From NCBI GenBank assembly GCA_002269645.1, contig NIVC01000195.1, positions 62,001 through 126,000 on the forward strand: a stretch of 64,000 nucleotides of DNA. Reading direction: 5' to 3'. Position 1 is the stretch's first letter; each line of letters starts with the position of its first letter. The notes under the pieces are model-generated. The model was not told where the DNA came from, searched no databases, and saw only the letters and a program-made list of their open reading frames with translations. This document shows positions 54,619 through 64,000 of the stretch, piece after piece. Made by a program: the position numbers and the translations under genes. The DNA comes from Macrostomum lignano. Lineage: Eukaryota.

Positions 54619-55559
54619 TTGTGCTAACTTTAATGACAGAGGCAGTAGTGTTGAACTCTAGGAGTGAGAAAGAAAGCCCGCTTGAGAGCTTGGCTGATTC
54701 AAATCACTAAGCTGGTCAATAACAATCGCCACTGCTAGTGAGTCAGCAACTCAGTGCACGCAAACTATCACAAAGTTCATGGTGTCACTACATGTATGTC
54801 ACACATCATCGCTGACCCATCACAAGAATGCCCCTGACTCGTCCCAAAACAAATCGCAGAGATCCTGAGTCAATTGGGAATTTCATGCACAGAAGTGCAA
54901 CTTCAAAGGCCTCGGGGGGAATTGCTGTCAGTTTAGCTGCAACCTGCTGCAGTTTAGGCTTTGACAGCTGTGGGATTCCGGGAATTCCTTTTTTGGCCGG
55001 GCCATGGGCCACATCGCGGCTGTGCCTCGCCAGCGCTTTGCGATGGTGCCGAGATTTTATTTGGGAAGTTGCGCCCTGCCTGCGATCGCATCTGCGCTGC
55101 CATCGTGGTTTTCCCCGGGCACCCCCCCCCGCAGCGCATAAACTTTCTCTTACCCAGCCCTTCAGCTTCCCCAGCCCCATCGCTGGTCGGCAACGCGCAG
55201 CCAGCGGGCGAAAACACGGGCTCTGTTTATTTCGCGACATTTTCTGCTGTTACTGTGGGGGCAACTTGCTGCTGCATGGATGGCAACGGCCGCCCATTGG
55301 CCTGCAGGTCCTTATGTATATGGCAGGGCAAGCCTCTCTAAGTCGAATTGGAGTTGCAGTCATGCGTTGCAAGCAGAACAGGCGATTGTAAATTTTTATT
55401 GCACTGATAGAGACAATTCACTTTACCTGATTTTTCTACTTTAGTGCCCGGTCTGCCGCTAAATTGATCCCCCGTGCAAAACTGAAGCTTTGAAAGCTGA
55501 GGCAGATTCCCGCTTGACTCTGCAGTTCCGCTTAAGGTAAGTCTGTATATCGCACTGCA

Positions 55560-56525
55560 GGGGAGAATGAGAGCGAAGGCGGGGAAGAATGAGAGGGGAG
55601 GGTGGGGAAGAATGAGAGGGGAGGGTGGAAAAGAATGAGAGGGGAGGGCGGGGAAGAATGAGAGGGGAGGGTGGGGAAGAATGAGAGGGGAGGGCGGGGA
55701 AGAATGAGAGGGGAGGGTGGGGAAGAATGAGAGGGGAGGGTGGGGAAGAATGAGAGGGGAGGGTGGGGAAGAATGAGAGGGGAGGGTGGGGAAGAATGAG
55801 AGGGGAGGGCGGGGAAGAATGAGAGGGGAGGGCGGGGAAGAATGAGAGGGGAGGGTGGGGAAGAATGAGAGGGGAGGGTGGGGAAGAATGAGAGGGGAGG
55901 GCGGGGAAGAATGAGAGGGGAGGGCGGGGAAGAATGAGGGGAGGGCGGGGAAGAATGAGAGGGGAGGGCGGGGAAGAATGAGGGGAGGGCGGGGAAGAAT
56001 GAGAGGGGAGAGCAGGGAAGAATGAGCGGGAGGGTGGGGAAGAATGAGAGGGAGAGGGCAGGGGATAATGAGAGGAGGAGAGCAGAGGAGAATGAGAGGG
56101 GAGGGCAGGGAAGAATGAGAGGGAGAGGGCAGGGAAGAATGAGAGGGAAAGGGCAGGGAAGAATGAGAGGGAGAGGGCAGGGGAGAATGAGAGGGGAGGG
56201 CAGGGGAGAATGAGAGGGGAGGGCAGGGGAGAATGAGAGGGGAGGGCAGGGGAGAATGAGAGGGGAGGGCAGGGGAGAATGAGAGGAGGAGAGCAGGGGA
56301 GAATGAGAGGAGGAGAGCAGGGGAGAATGAGAGGAGGAGAGCAGGGGAGAATGAGAGGGGAGGGCAGGGGAAATGAGAGGGGAGGGCAGGGGAGAATGAG
56401 AGGAGGAGAGCAGGGGAGAATGAGAGGAGGAGAGCAGGGGAGAATGAGAGGAGGAGAGCAGGGGAGAATGAGAGGAGGAGAGCAGGGGAGAATGAGAGGG
56501 GAGGGCAGGGGAAATGAGAGGGGGC
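55560..56525. repeat. Polypurine minisatellite, ~23-bp unit (GGGGAAGAATGAGAGGGGAGGGC)
   Basis: Directly visible. Confidence 0.95.
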
Positions 56526-57269
56526 AGGAGGCTCTGTCTGCAGTGTGGATATTGGATAGCTACTTGAGCCGGACTGCATGAAAGCCCCCTTCAGAAAGCT
56601 CTGATTCGAGCCTCGGGTACGCGAGAAGTGGCCACACGCGTTGTAATTTATGCGCAGGGCTTGACGCAGACTTCCTGCTCCAGTGCTCTCCTGGAACTCT
56701 TGTAGCAGTTCTGCGCTGACCAGAACTACGAGCTATAGATGCGCACTCGGTCGCGCTAATAGCGGCAGCAGCGGCTTCGGAAATGCGTGGCCTGTCATTC
56801 AAAACTGATGGCGCGCGCGGGTCAAGTAGGGGGCTGCTGGCCTGTCTTGTTGCGCACTTTCCGAACTGTGCTGGGTACGTTTTTTACAGAATCCATGCCG
56901 CATCTGCCATGGCAACCCGCAACCATGCAGGTCCGTTACGCTTTCCACTTCCACCCTGGAAATGATGGACCATCGTAGAGGGAGGGAATTGCGGCCATCA
57001 GTCATCGGGTGGCGGCTGCGCGCAGCTGGCGATGAAGCAGCGACCTCCCTGTTTCTTTTGTATAGAAATGCAACTTCTGCAGCTTCTGAAATGAGGGCTG
57101 CTGGAAGTGCGCGGCGGCTCCAACTTTATCGATCTGTTTACAAATTTTATTGCCCTGATGTAGCTCCGGTATTTGTATGCTGTTGCTAGGCTGTTTCTAG
57201 GACATTTTACACAGTTTCTATATGGTGATGCTAGACTTTAAATATCAATACGCTATTTCTATGGCGTAC

Positions 57270-57785
57270 ACATGTAGCTGTGCTGTTTCTATGTGTTTTT
57301 ATGGTGCTTCTATGGTGTTTCTATGGTGCTTCTATGTGTTTCTATGTGTTTCTATGGTGTTTCTATGGTGTTTCTATGGTGCTTCTATGTGTTTTTATGT
57401 GTTTCTATGGTGTTTCTATGGTGTTTTTACGTGTTTCTATGTGTTTCTATGTGTTTCTATGGTGTTTCTATGTGTTTCTATGGTGCTTCGATGGTGCTTC
57501 GATGGTGCTTCTATGGTGTTTCTATGGTGTTTCTATGTGTTTCTATGGTGCTTCCATGGTGCTTCGATGGTGCTTCTATGGTGTTTCTATGGTGCTTCGA
57601 TGGTGCTTCGATGGTGCATCGATGGTGCTTCTATGGTGTTTCTATGGTGTTTCTATGGTGCTTCTATGGTGTTTGTATGGTGTTTGTATGCGTTTCTATG
57701 TGTTTGTATGTGTTTATATGGTGTTTCTATGTGTTTCTATGGTATTTTATGTGTTTCTATGGTATTTTATGTGTTTCTATGGTGT
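57270..57785. repeat. Minisatellite, ~11-bp unit (TTTCTATGGTG)
   Basis: Directly visible; explains the hydrophobic ORFs at 57222-58067. Confidence 0.95.
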
Positions 57786-58792
57786 TTCCAAGGAGCTGTT
57801 TTTTTTTCTAGAAAAATTTGCAATGCTGTTTCTAGGGCTTTTCTTCATGCTAAATTGCCAGGGCGTTGCTATGGAATCTCTAGGCCCTTGTATGCTGAGT
57901 CTGATGGCTGCAATCCAAATAGCGCCACACGGGAACAGATCCCTACTCGCAAAAAATGGAAGTCTCCTGTTCCGCCCACTTCTCAAATATTTTCTTTGCT
58001 AAAGGCGGGGGGCGCACAGAAAGAGGCTCTGAGGTGCATGATCGATGAGCTCAGGCCTATGCATTGAGTCAACAATTAATGCAGGCGGCCCAGCCTCCCC
58101 CCCCCCGCAACCCGTGATCAGCCACTCGGCCTTCTGCCGATCAGGGCATTATCAGAACCCAATAGCAGCTGGACAAACAGAAAAAAAACATCTTTACGAT
58201 ATCCTAATCCCAGTTTCCTACAAAGCTTCATCATTGCCATCCGGCCGTCTGGAAGATGATAAAGCAATCAGATCGGAAAGGGGAGGATCAGCGGGGCTCA
58301 AGCGATGCTGATTAATCCGCAATCTGTCTGACTGGCGGGCCCGCGCACTCCAGCAGCTCCGGGATTCTGGGAAACGCCATTTCATCCTGCCGCACTACCC
58401 GCGCCCCAGCAACTCGATGGCGTCCTTCAGTTGGAAAGGAAAATCGCCGAGAGGATGAGTGCTTCATCTTGCCCACTTTCTCCATCACAGAGAGAGGCAT
58501 TGGCGGTCTCAATCAAAGTAATGGACTCGGCTTATTGAAGAGCAATATTTGCTCTGAGTGCCTCTACTGGCCCGTGTTTGCTTAAGTTGGATGGCCGGGG
58601 CGGGGGCCGCCAGCTCCCGATAAAAACTGGCCCTCTTGGGGAAATTTCTGGAAGCCAACCAAGCGCTTTCCAGCCCTCCCATCTGCTGCCCTAGCAACTG
58701 GAGCGAGCAGTATAGAAATCGCATATTTTGGAACTCCGAAGGCTGCACTGAATTTTCTCGCTCTCCCCGCCTTGCACAGCTCGCTGGCACCT

Positions 58793-60775
58793 ATGTCGCA
58801 GAATCTCGTCTTCATCATCTGCGTCTGCGTCGCTGCCGCCGCCGCCGCCGCAGCTGGCAGCGACGCCTCCTCGGACATCGCCGAGGCCTCCAGTCTCCTT
58901 GGCAACAGCAGCGAGCCGCCCTGCTACCCGGAGGCCGCCGCCTGCCGCCTCTACGGCGACTGCTGCCACGCTGTGGCCAACCGCAGCGGCGTCGCCCTCC
59001 GGCAGCTCGAATGCGCCCCGGCCAGCAGCCTCGGCGTGCTGTTCAACGACGGAGCCGGCGAGGACGGCGCCTTCGTCAGCCTGGTGCAGAGCTGCCCGCC
59101 CAGCGCTCCGCCCGGCGACCCGGATGTCCGGCTCTGCTACAGCCAGCAGGCCGAGCCGCGCAGCCTCTTCGACCCGCGCCACCTGCCGGCGATGTCGCCT
59201 GACGGCCTGCTGTTCCGCAGCGCCCACTGCGCTCGCTGCAACGGCCGGCGCCGGCTGCTGTGGCCGCAGGTGTCCGTCCTGTGCGCGCCGGGCAGCCCGA
59301 AGACCGCCGACAACCTCAGCAAGGAGCAGATCGAGCAGTTCCTGCGCCAGGAGCTCGCCAGCGGGCGGGACCTGCCGCCTGGCTGCCTGGTGGCCACCCG
59401 CTTCCCCGGCCGGCCGCTGCACCGCTGCTACGGCCCCGGCCTCGTCCAGCACTGCGTCAATTTGTCGGCCACCACCGAGCAGCGCCAGCTATGCGAGGAC
59501 GGCGGCCTGGTGGCCATGAACTACTCCGCCTGCGGCGGCGTGTTCCGCAACCAGGCCTGTCGGGACTGCTTCGGCGTCTGCCCGGAGTTCGGCTTCGGCG
59601 CCTTCGGCAGCTTCGGCTTCGGCGGCGGCGGAGGCGGCGGAGTGCTCAGCAACGTGGTGAACTTCTGGATCCCGCTGCGAGAGCCGGTGTCCAGCGGCGA
59701 CGTCCAGACGTTCGACACGCAGTGGGTGGCGGACGGCTCCTTCGAGGGGAATGTCAGCGACAACGCGACTTCCGCTGCGACGACTGGCGGAGCCGCCACC
59801 GATACGGCCGCCGACGAGGAATCCGGCTGGGTGCAGCGGCTCGTGCTGGTCGTCTCCTACGCCGTGTCCATCGCCTCCCTGACGCTGCTGCTCGCCGTGT
59901 ACGCCTTGCTGCCGCACCTGCGCAACCGGGCCGGCCAGCTGCTGATGTCGCACGCAGCCTCCGTCCTGGCGCTGCAGGCGGCCCAGCTGCTCAGCCTGTG
60001 CGCCGGCCAGCAGCTCGGCGGCGGCTGCATCGCGCTGCACTTCTTCTTTTACTTCTGCATGGCGGCCGCCTTCGTGTGGGCCTTCCTGTTCGGCTGGGAC
60101 CTCCTGCGCACCTTCGCCTCCCTGCTGCGCAACTCCGCCTTCAAGCCGAGCCGCTACGGCCGCTTCGCCCTGGTGGGCTGGGGGCTGCCGCTGCTGCTCA
60201 CCGGCCTGCTGCTCGGCCTCCACCTCGGCATCGGCCTGCTGGACTCCGGCTGCCGCTACCGCCCCGACCGCGTGGCCTTCATGCTGGGCCTCAGCTTCGG
60301 GCCGCTGCTGGCCGCCCTGCTGTTCAACCTGGCCATCGTGCTGCTGCTCGGCCTGCAGCTGCTGCGCACTTACCGGGAGACTCGCTCGGCCGGCCGCAGC
60401 TCCGCCGCCAAGCTCTGCGCCATGACCGCCAAGGTGTCCGTGATCATGGGCGCCGCCTGGCTGCCGTACTTCCTGGCCACTCTGCTGGACCGCGGCCGCA
60501 ACCCCGGCACCGTCGGGTTCGCCTCAGAGCTGCTGTGCAGCCTGCACGGCCTCCTGCTGGCCGTCGGCTTCACCGGCAACCGCCGCGTCCGGGCCCGGCT
60601 GTCTGAGATCACCTCCTCGGCGCTGAAGTCCTCCAGCGGCGGCGGCGGCAAAGGCTCCGAGGCCTCGCGGATGACGCTGGCGCGGCGGTCGCAGGACGCG
60701 GGCCGCGGCGTCCAGGTGCAGCGGCTGCTCGCGGACAAGCCGCAGCCCGGGCAGCTCAACGAGTCTCCGGCTTGA
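58793..60775 (+). CDS. Intronless Methuselah-like (secretin/adhesion class) GPCR with a Cys-rich ectodomain
   Basis: Signal-peptide-like MSQNLVFIICVCVAAA; SMB-like CRLYGDCC; FRSAHCARCN and FRNQACRDC; seven hydrophobic segments with LRNRAGQLL, FVWAFLFGWDLLRTF, GWGLPLL, FNL, MGAAW, SLHGLLL. Confidence 0.9.
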   Translation: MSQNLVFIICVCVAAAAAAAAGSDASSDIAEASSLLGNSSEPPCYPEAAACRLYGDCCHAVANRSGVALRQLECAPASSLGVLFNDGAGEDGAFVSLVQSCPPSAPPGDPDVRLCYSQQAEPRSLFDPRHLPAMSPDGLLFRSAHCARCNGRRRLLWPQVSVLCAPGSPKTADNLSKEQIEQFLRQELASGRDLPPGCLVATRFPGRPLHRCYGPGLVQHCVNLSATTEQRQLCEDGGLVAMNYSACGGVFRNQACRDCFGVCPEFGFGAFGSFGFGGGGGGGVLSNVVNFWIPLREPVSSGDVQTFDTQWVADGSFEGNVSDNATSAATTGGAATDTAADEESGWVQRLVLVVSYAVSIASLTLLLAVYALLPHLRNRAGQLLMSHAASVLALQAAQLLSLCAGQQLGGGCIALHFFFYFCMAAAFVWAFLFGWDLLRTFASLLRNSAFKPSRYGRFALVGWGLPLLLTGLLLGLHLGIGLLDSGCRYRPDRVAFMLGLSFGPLLAALLFNLAIVLLLGLQLLRTYRETRSAGRSSAAKLCAMTAKVSVIMGAAWLPYFLATLLDRGRNPGTVGFASELLCSLHGLLLAVGFTGNRRVRARLSEITSSALKSSSGGGGKGSEASRMTLARRSQDAGRGVQVQRLLADKPQPGQLNESPA

Positions 60776-62561
60776 AGCCCCTCTGCTGGCGGATGAGCAG
60801 ATTAATTATTTCTGCTCAGAGGGGGATAAGAATTCTGACTGAATTCTGATCAACTTTTTCTGTTGTCTACGAGGCTGCTCGATCAGATGTTATTCGACAA
60901 GAAGATATGAATCTAAAATTGATTGTTGAGCTGCTCAAGTCATGAGCACATAGACTCAATGAGCATCTGACAGAAACTAATCGTGGCGACCATCTTTCCT
61001 CTAGTAGCTGCTATACAGCGAAAACAAATTGTTACATAACCAATTTCACTGGGACAGCTGACGCCCTTAAACTCCCCTGAAAGAATCCCTGCTGCAGTTG
61101 AGCATGATCTCAAATGTCAGGAGGCGTTGTAAACCCTTCTCTCAGTACCCGGGGCCGAGAGCAGTCTCTCTGCCCTTCTTTTTCCGTGGAACTGATTGTT
61201 GGGCGATTAGTAAATTCTCGCAACTGTTCATGTTTCCAACATTCATACTAACCAATAAATAACAAATACTGCAACCTCCAAAACATTCTACAGTGTACAT
61301 CGCAGTTACTGTACATTTGTATTCGTTTAGCAGCAGTTTCCGATCCGCAACAAATCCTGCTTAATCGTTTAATTGTAAAATTCAAATAAAACCCTCTCTT
61401 AACCCTATCTTTTATCCGCCGAGATGCCAGTAGCTTGTAGTCAACAATATGCTTATTCTACTACTTAGTTTCCCCCGGGCCGTTGTGAGTAGTGTAGAAT
61501 GCGAATTTGTGTTGTTATCAAACGTGTAAAAAGAGACTATAAAAATTGCTTATTCAAATTATAGCGCTCTATAATTATCATACTCGTACAATTATTATTC
61601 ATGGACAACTAAAGCCCAAAGTCACTGGCTCCTGCTGTCCATGCTATTAGTATATAGTGCGCAGAAGATACAAAAATTTATCAACTGGACTTCAACCCTC
61701 GCATTCTTCGTAGCGTAAATAGCAAGACTGAATCGTTGACTTTTGAATCAAACTATCCTTTTTAAACCAAACCTCAACAGCCTACTCATCAGTAGACAAT
61801 AGGCAAGATTGCATCTATTTTGATCATCTGAATGAACACAGAAGGAATTGAATCCGCGAGTTGCATTCTGCACAGATCTGGTGCTGCATGGCGGCTAACA
61901 GTGAGTGAAGCACAGCAAAGGCGTTAGTTTTGCAATGTATTTGACCAATTAATCAATCTTAATAAATTCAATGATTTGTGCGCGAATCTCCTGATCACAA
62001 ATCCGACAAGCGGCAGCGGCAGCAGCTACAGAGCAGTGTAATATCAGTATAACATAATTCATTTATTGTTAAAGCAGAACAGACCAGGTGTTAACAAGGT
62101 AAAGTAGCAAATGTACGCTCGTACTATCGATTGATCTGTTTAATGTGCGTAAACAGTTTGAATACTCTGTGATAAATAGCATGATTAAAAGATTACACAG
62201 CAAATAATATCAGCTGATGAAGCGGGATCCAGCAGCCTCTCTGAAGTTCCGAAATAGATGATTATAACGTAACACATGTGTAATAAAAACAAGGCCAGGA
62301 AGCAGATAAAATTGGTTGCTAGGGCTAAGTTATTGCACTAAGATCTGCCATGTTAATCAGCTGGCATGCAGATTATAATATAGCAAAGTGTTAATTTTCA
62401 TTGTATAGTACTGCATAAGCATAATAGTCAGTAGTATATGGCATGTGAGTCAGCCAGTTCGGATATATAAAAACCAAAGTTAAAAGAGAACTTTGCTACA
62501 GCTTGCCAAATTTAGATTAGCAAGCCTAAAAATTTATATGAAATAAATTTGAGCATGCAAG

Positions 62562-64000
62562 CAGTGTTCCCACTCCAATCTACCCATTTTTCCTCCGCAG
62601 CCTAAAGAAAATTCCGCAGATAGCTTAACCTATTAAATATGATAAGATTTTCAACAAAACTATGGAAAAAAACTTTTGAACAAGCATTTTTTTAAACTCA
62701 AAATAAGTAAGCAAGTCTAAGTCAATGTATTCTAGACTTCCAGTTTACAATCAAGTTGTCAACCCATCACATTGGCTGTGGATGGCAAAAAGTTCTTTTT
62801 ATTCTACTTTAACGAAAAAACAATGGCTGGCTCAATGTTTGCACTTTACGGAAAAGATTTGACGTGTCACGTGACACACAGGCACAACTGCTATTTAGTT
62901 ACAACTACAAGCATTAAACATTCTTTAGGTTCTATTCAACTGTTAATAAAAGTAAAACTAATTAAGTAAAGTTAACTACTAGAGATACAATACTTTGCTT
63001 ATTAATTAGACTGCTGCCAAGACTAGAGATTGGACAGGATGAAGATTTTTGGGATTGGGATTCCTAATTTCGGGAATCGGGATTGCAATTCATGATTGAA
63101 TTTCAGGTTTCAGCATTTAAAGATATGAATATATAAGATGGTTGGATGGGATCTCAAAATAATTTCAGAATCATGATCATGAGTTTGGCCAGGATCCCAG
63201 GCTTTTGTGATCGGGATCCAATCCTACCTCTAGTCAAGACGCGTGACATTGTCTTATTAGTTACTAGTACGCCCCATTGTTCTGTTTTCTAGTCATTTGC
63301 ATATCATCTTGGCGGCCTTTTTCAGTGCTTCTGCAGCCAGCTCGTCTTGAGTCTTCAACTTTCGCTTCAGCAGCTTGGCGTCATCATGTAGAGCTTTGGC
63401 CTCTCGCTCTTCTAAAGTCCTCATTTTTTTCTGATACTCGAGCAGCATAGCCGAAGCAGCTCGCTTCTCAGCTTCAATTATTTCACGCTCTGCAGCCAAC
63501 TTTTTTTCAGCCGCCTCCAATTCCATCTTCTTCTTGTTTACTTCAATCTCAGCAGCAAGCTGCTCTTCCAACTGTTTAGCGGCAATCCGTGCATCTTTCT
63601 TGGCCTTATCAGCATCTCTTTGCTGTTGAAGGAATTCCATGTACACTGAACGAGCCTTCCCAGCAGACTGAACGTAGACGTCTGTCAATGGAAAGTTTTC
63701 GCAGGTTGTAGGCTCCTCACCAACTAGCCCAGATTGGCGGATGTAGTGTCGAACAAAAAGGCAGGCATCAATAGACAATTCACCAAGCTTGTTGCGTTTT
63801 TTCGTTAACAAGTCCGATAACTCGCTAAAGACTCGCTCTACTGCAGCGTTGCCTGGCTGAATGGTCAGAGCACCCAAAGCTAGTCGGGTTAGTGTGCCGT
63901 ACTTTTTTTGACCACCAAGCTCTAGGGCTGACACGCGAAGCCAAAATGTAACCACATCATTGTCCTTAGCCAAAGCCACTACCTGTTGGTCAACGAGGAA
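62562..64000 (-). mobile_element. hAT DNA transposon, 3' part; continues beyond the window
   Basis: ORF 63293-63979 has the hAT dimerization motif (FW...Y..L..LAL..L.I.P.NAAVERVFS...KKRNKL). Candidate terminus CAGTGTTCCC at 62562 with subterminal CCGCAG repeats. Confidence 0.8.
63024..63232. mobile_element. 209-bp hAT-type MITE nested in the hAT element's 3' region
   Basis: Imperfect TIRs TAGAGATTGGACAGGAT / TAGAGGTAGGATTGGAT (13/17); flanks GCCAAGAC and GTCAAGAC (7/8 TSD); internal GGGAT(T/C) repeats. Confidence 0.75.

Noticed and set aside
58636-60759. Overlapping and antisense ORFs over GC-rich genes (also 27432-28559, 34513-35175, 40858-41505, 2576-3160)
   Set aside because: Shadow frames caused by strong GC3 bias; they show no recognisable motifs.

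Overview
Eukaryotic genomic DNA: GC-rich spliced exons, AT-rich intergenic DNA, and a different minisatellite in nearly every intron. This style suggests a free-living flatworm such as Macrostomum (inference, no search run). Genes read by eye: (1) a ~24 kb minus-strand SHIP/INPPL1-like inositol 5-phosphatase (SH2, PH-R, IPPc, C2, SAM) with an atypical GDFSCR catalytic motif; (2) a 9-exon titin/kettin-like five-Ig gene with a QQQFAPGQP tandem tail, nested antisense in one SHIP intron; (3) two paralogous intronless helical proteins with a central hydrophobic segment; (4) a disrupted LamG/pentraxin-like gene; (5) a PP1-like pseudophosphatase missing almost all metal ligands; (6) MCM5; (7) an intronless Methuselah-like GPCR. 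Mobile DNA: two back-to-back RNase H-bearing non-LTR retroelements, a tRNA/CORE-like SINE, and a hAT transposase end with a nested MITE. The most notable observation is a set of four elements (38, 54, 179 and 1125 bp) sharing the terminus CA(A/G)GGAC(C/T)ACT, each flanked by a perfect 8-bp target-site duplication. The largest carries a spliced THAP-only gene that the ORF track misses. Together they look like a P-element-like family with a KP-like derivative and ultra-short derivatives or excision footprints. All family assignments come from motif recognition, not database searches.
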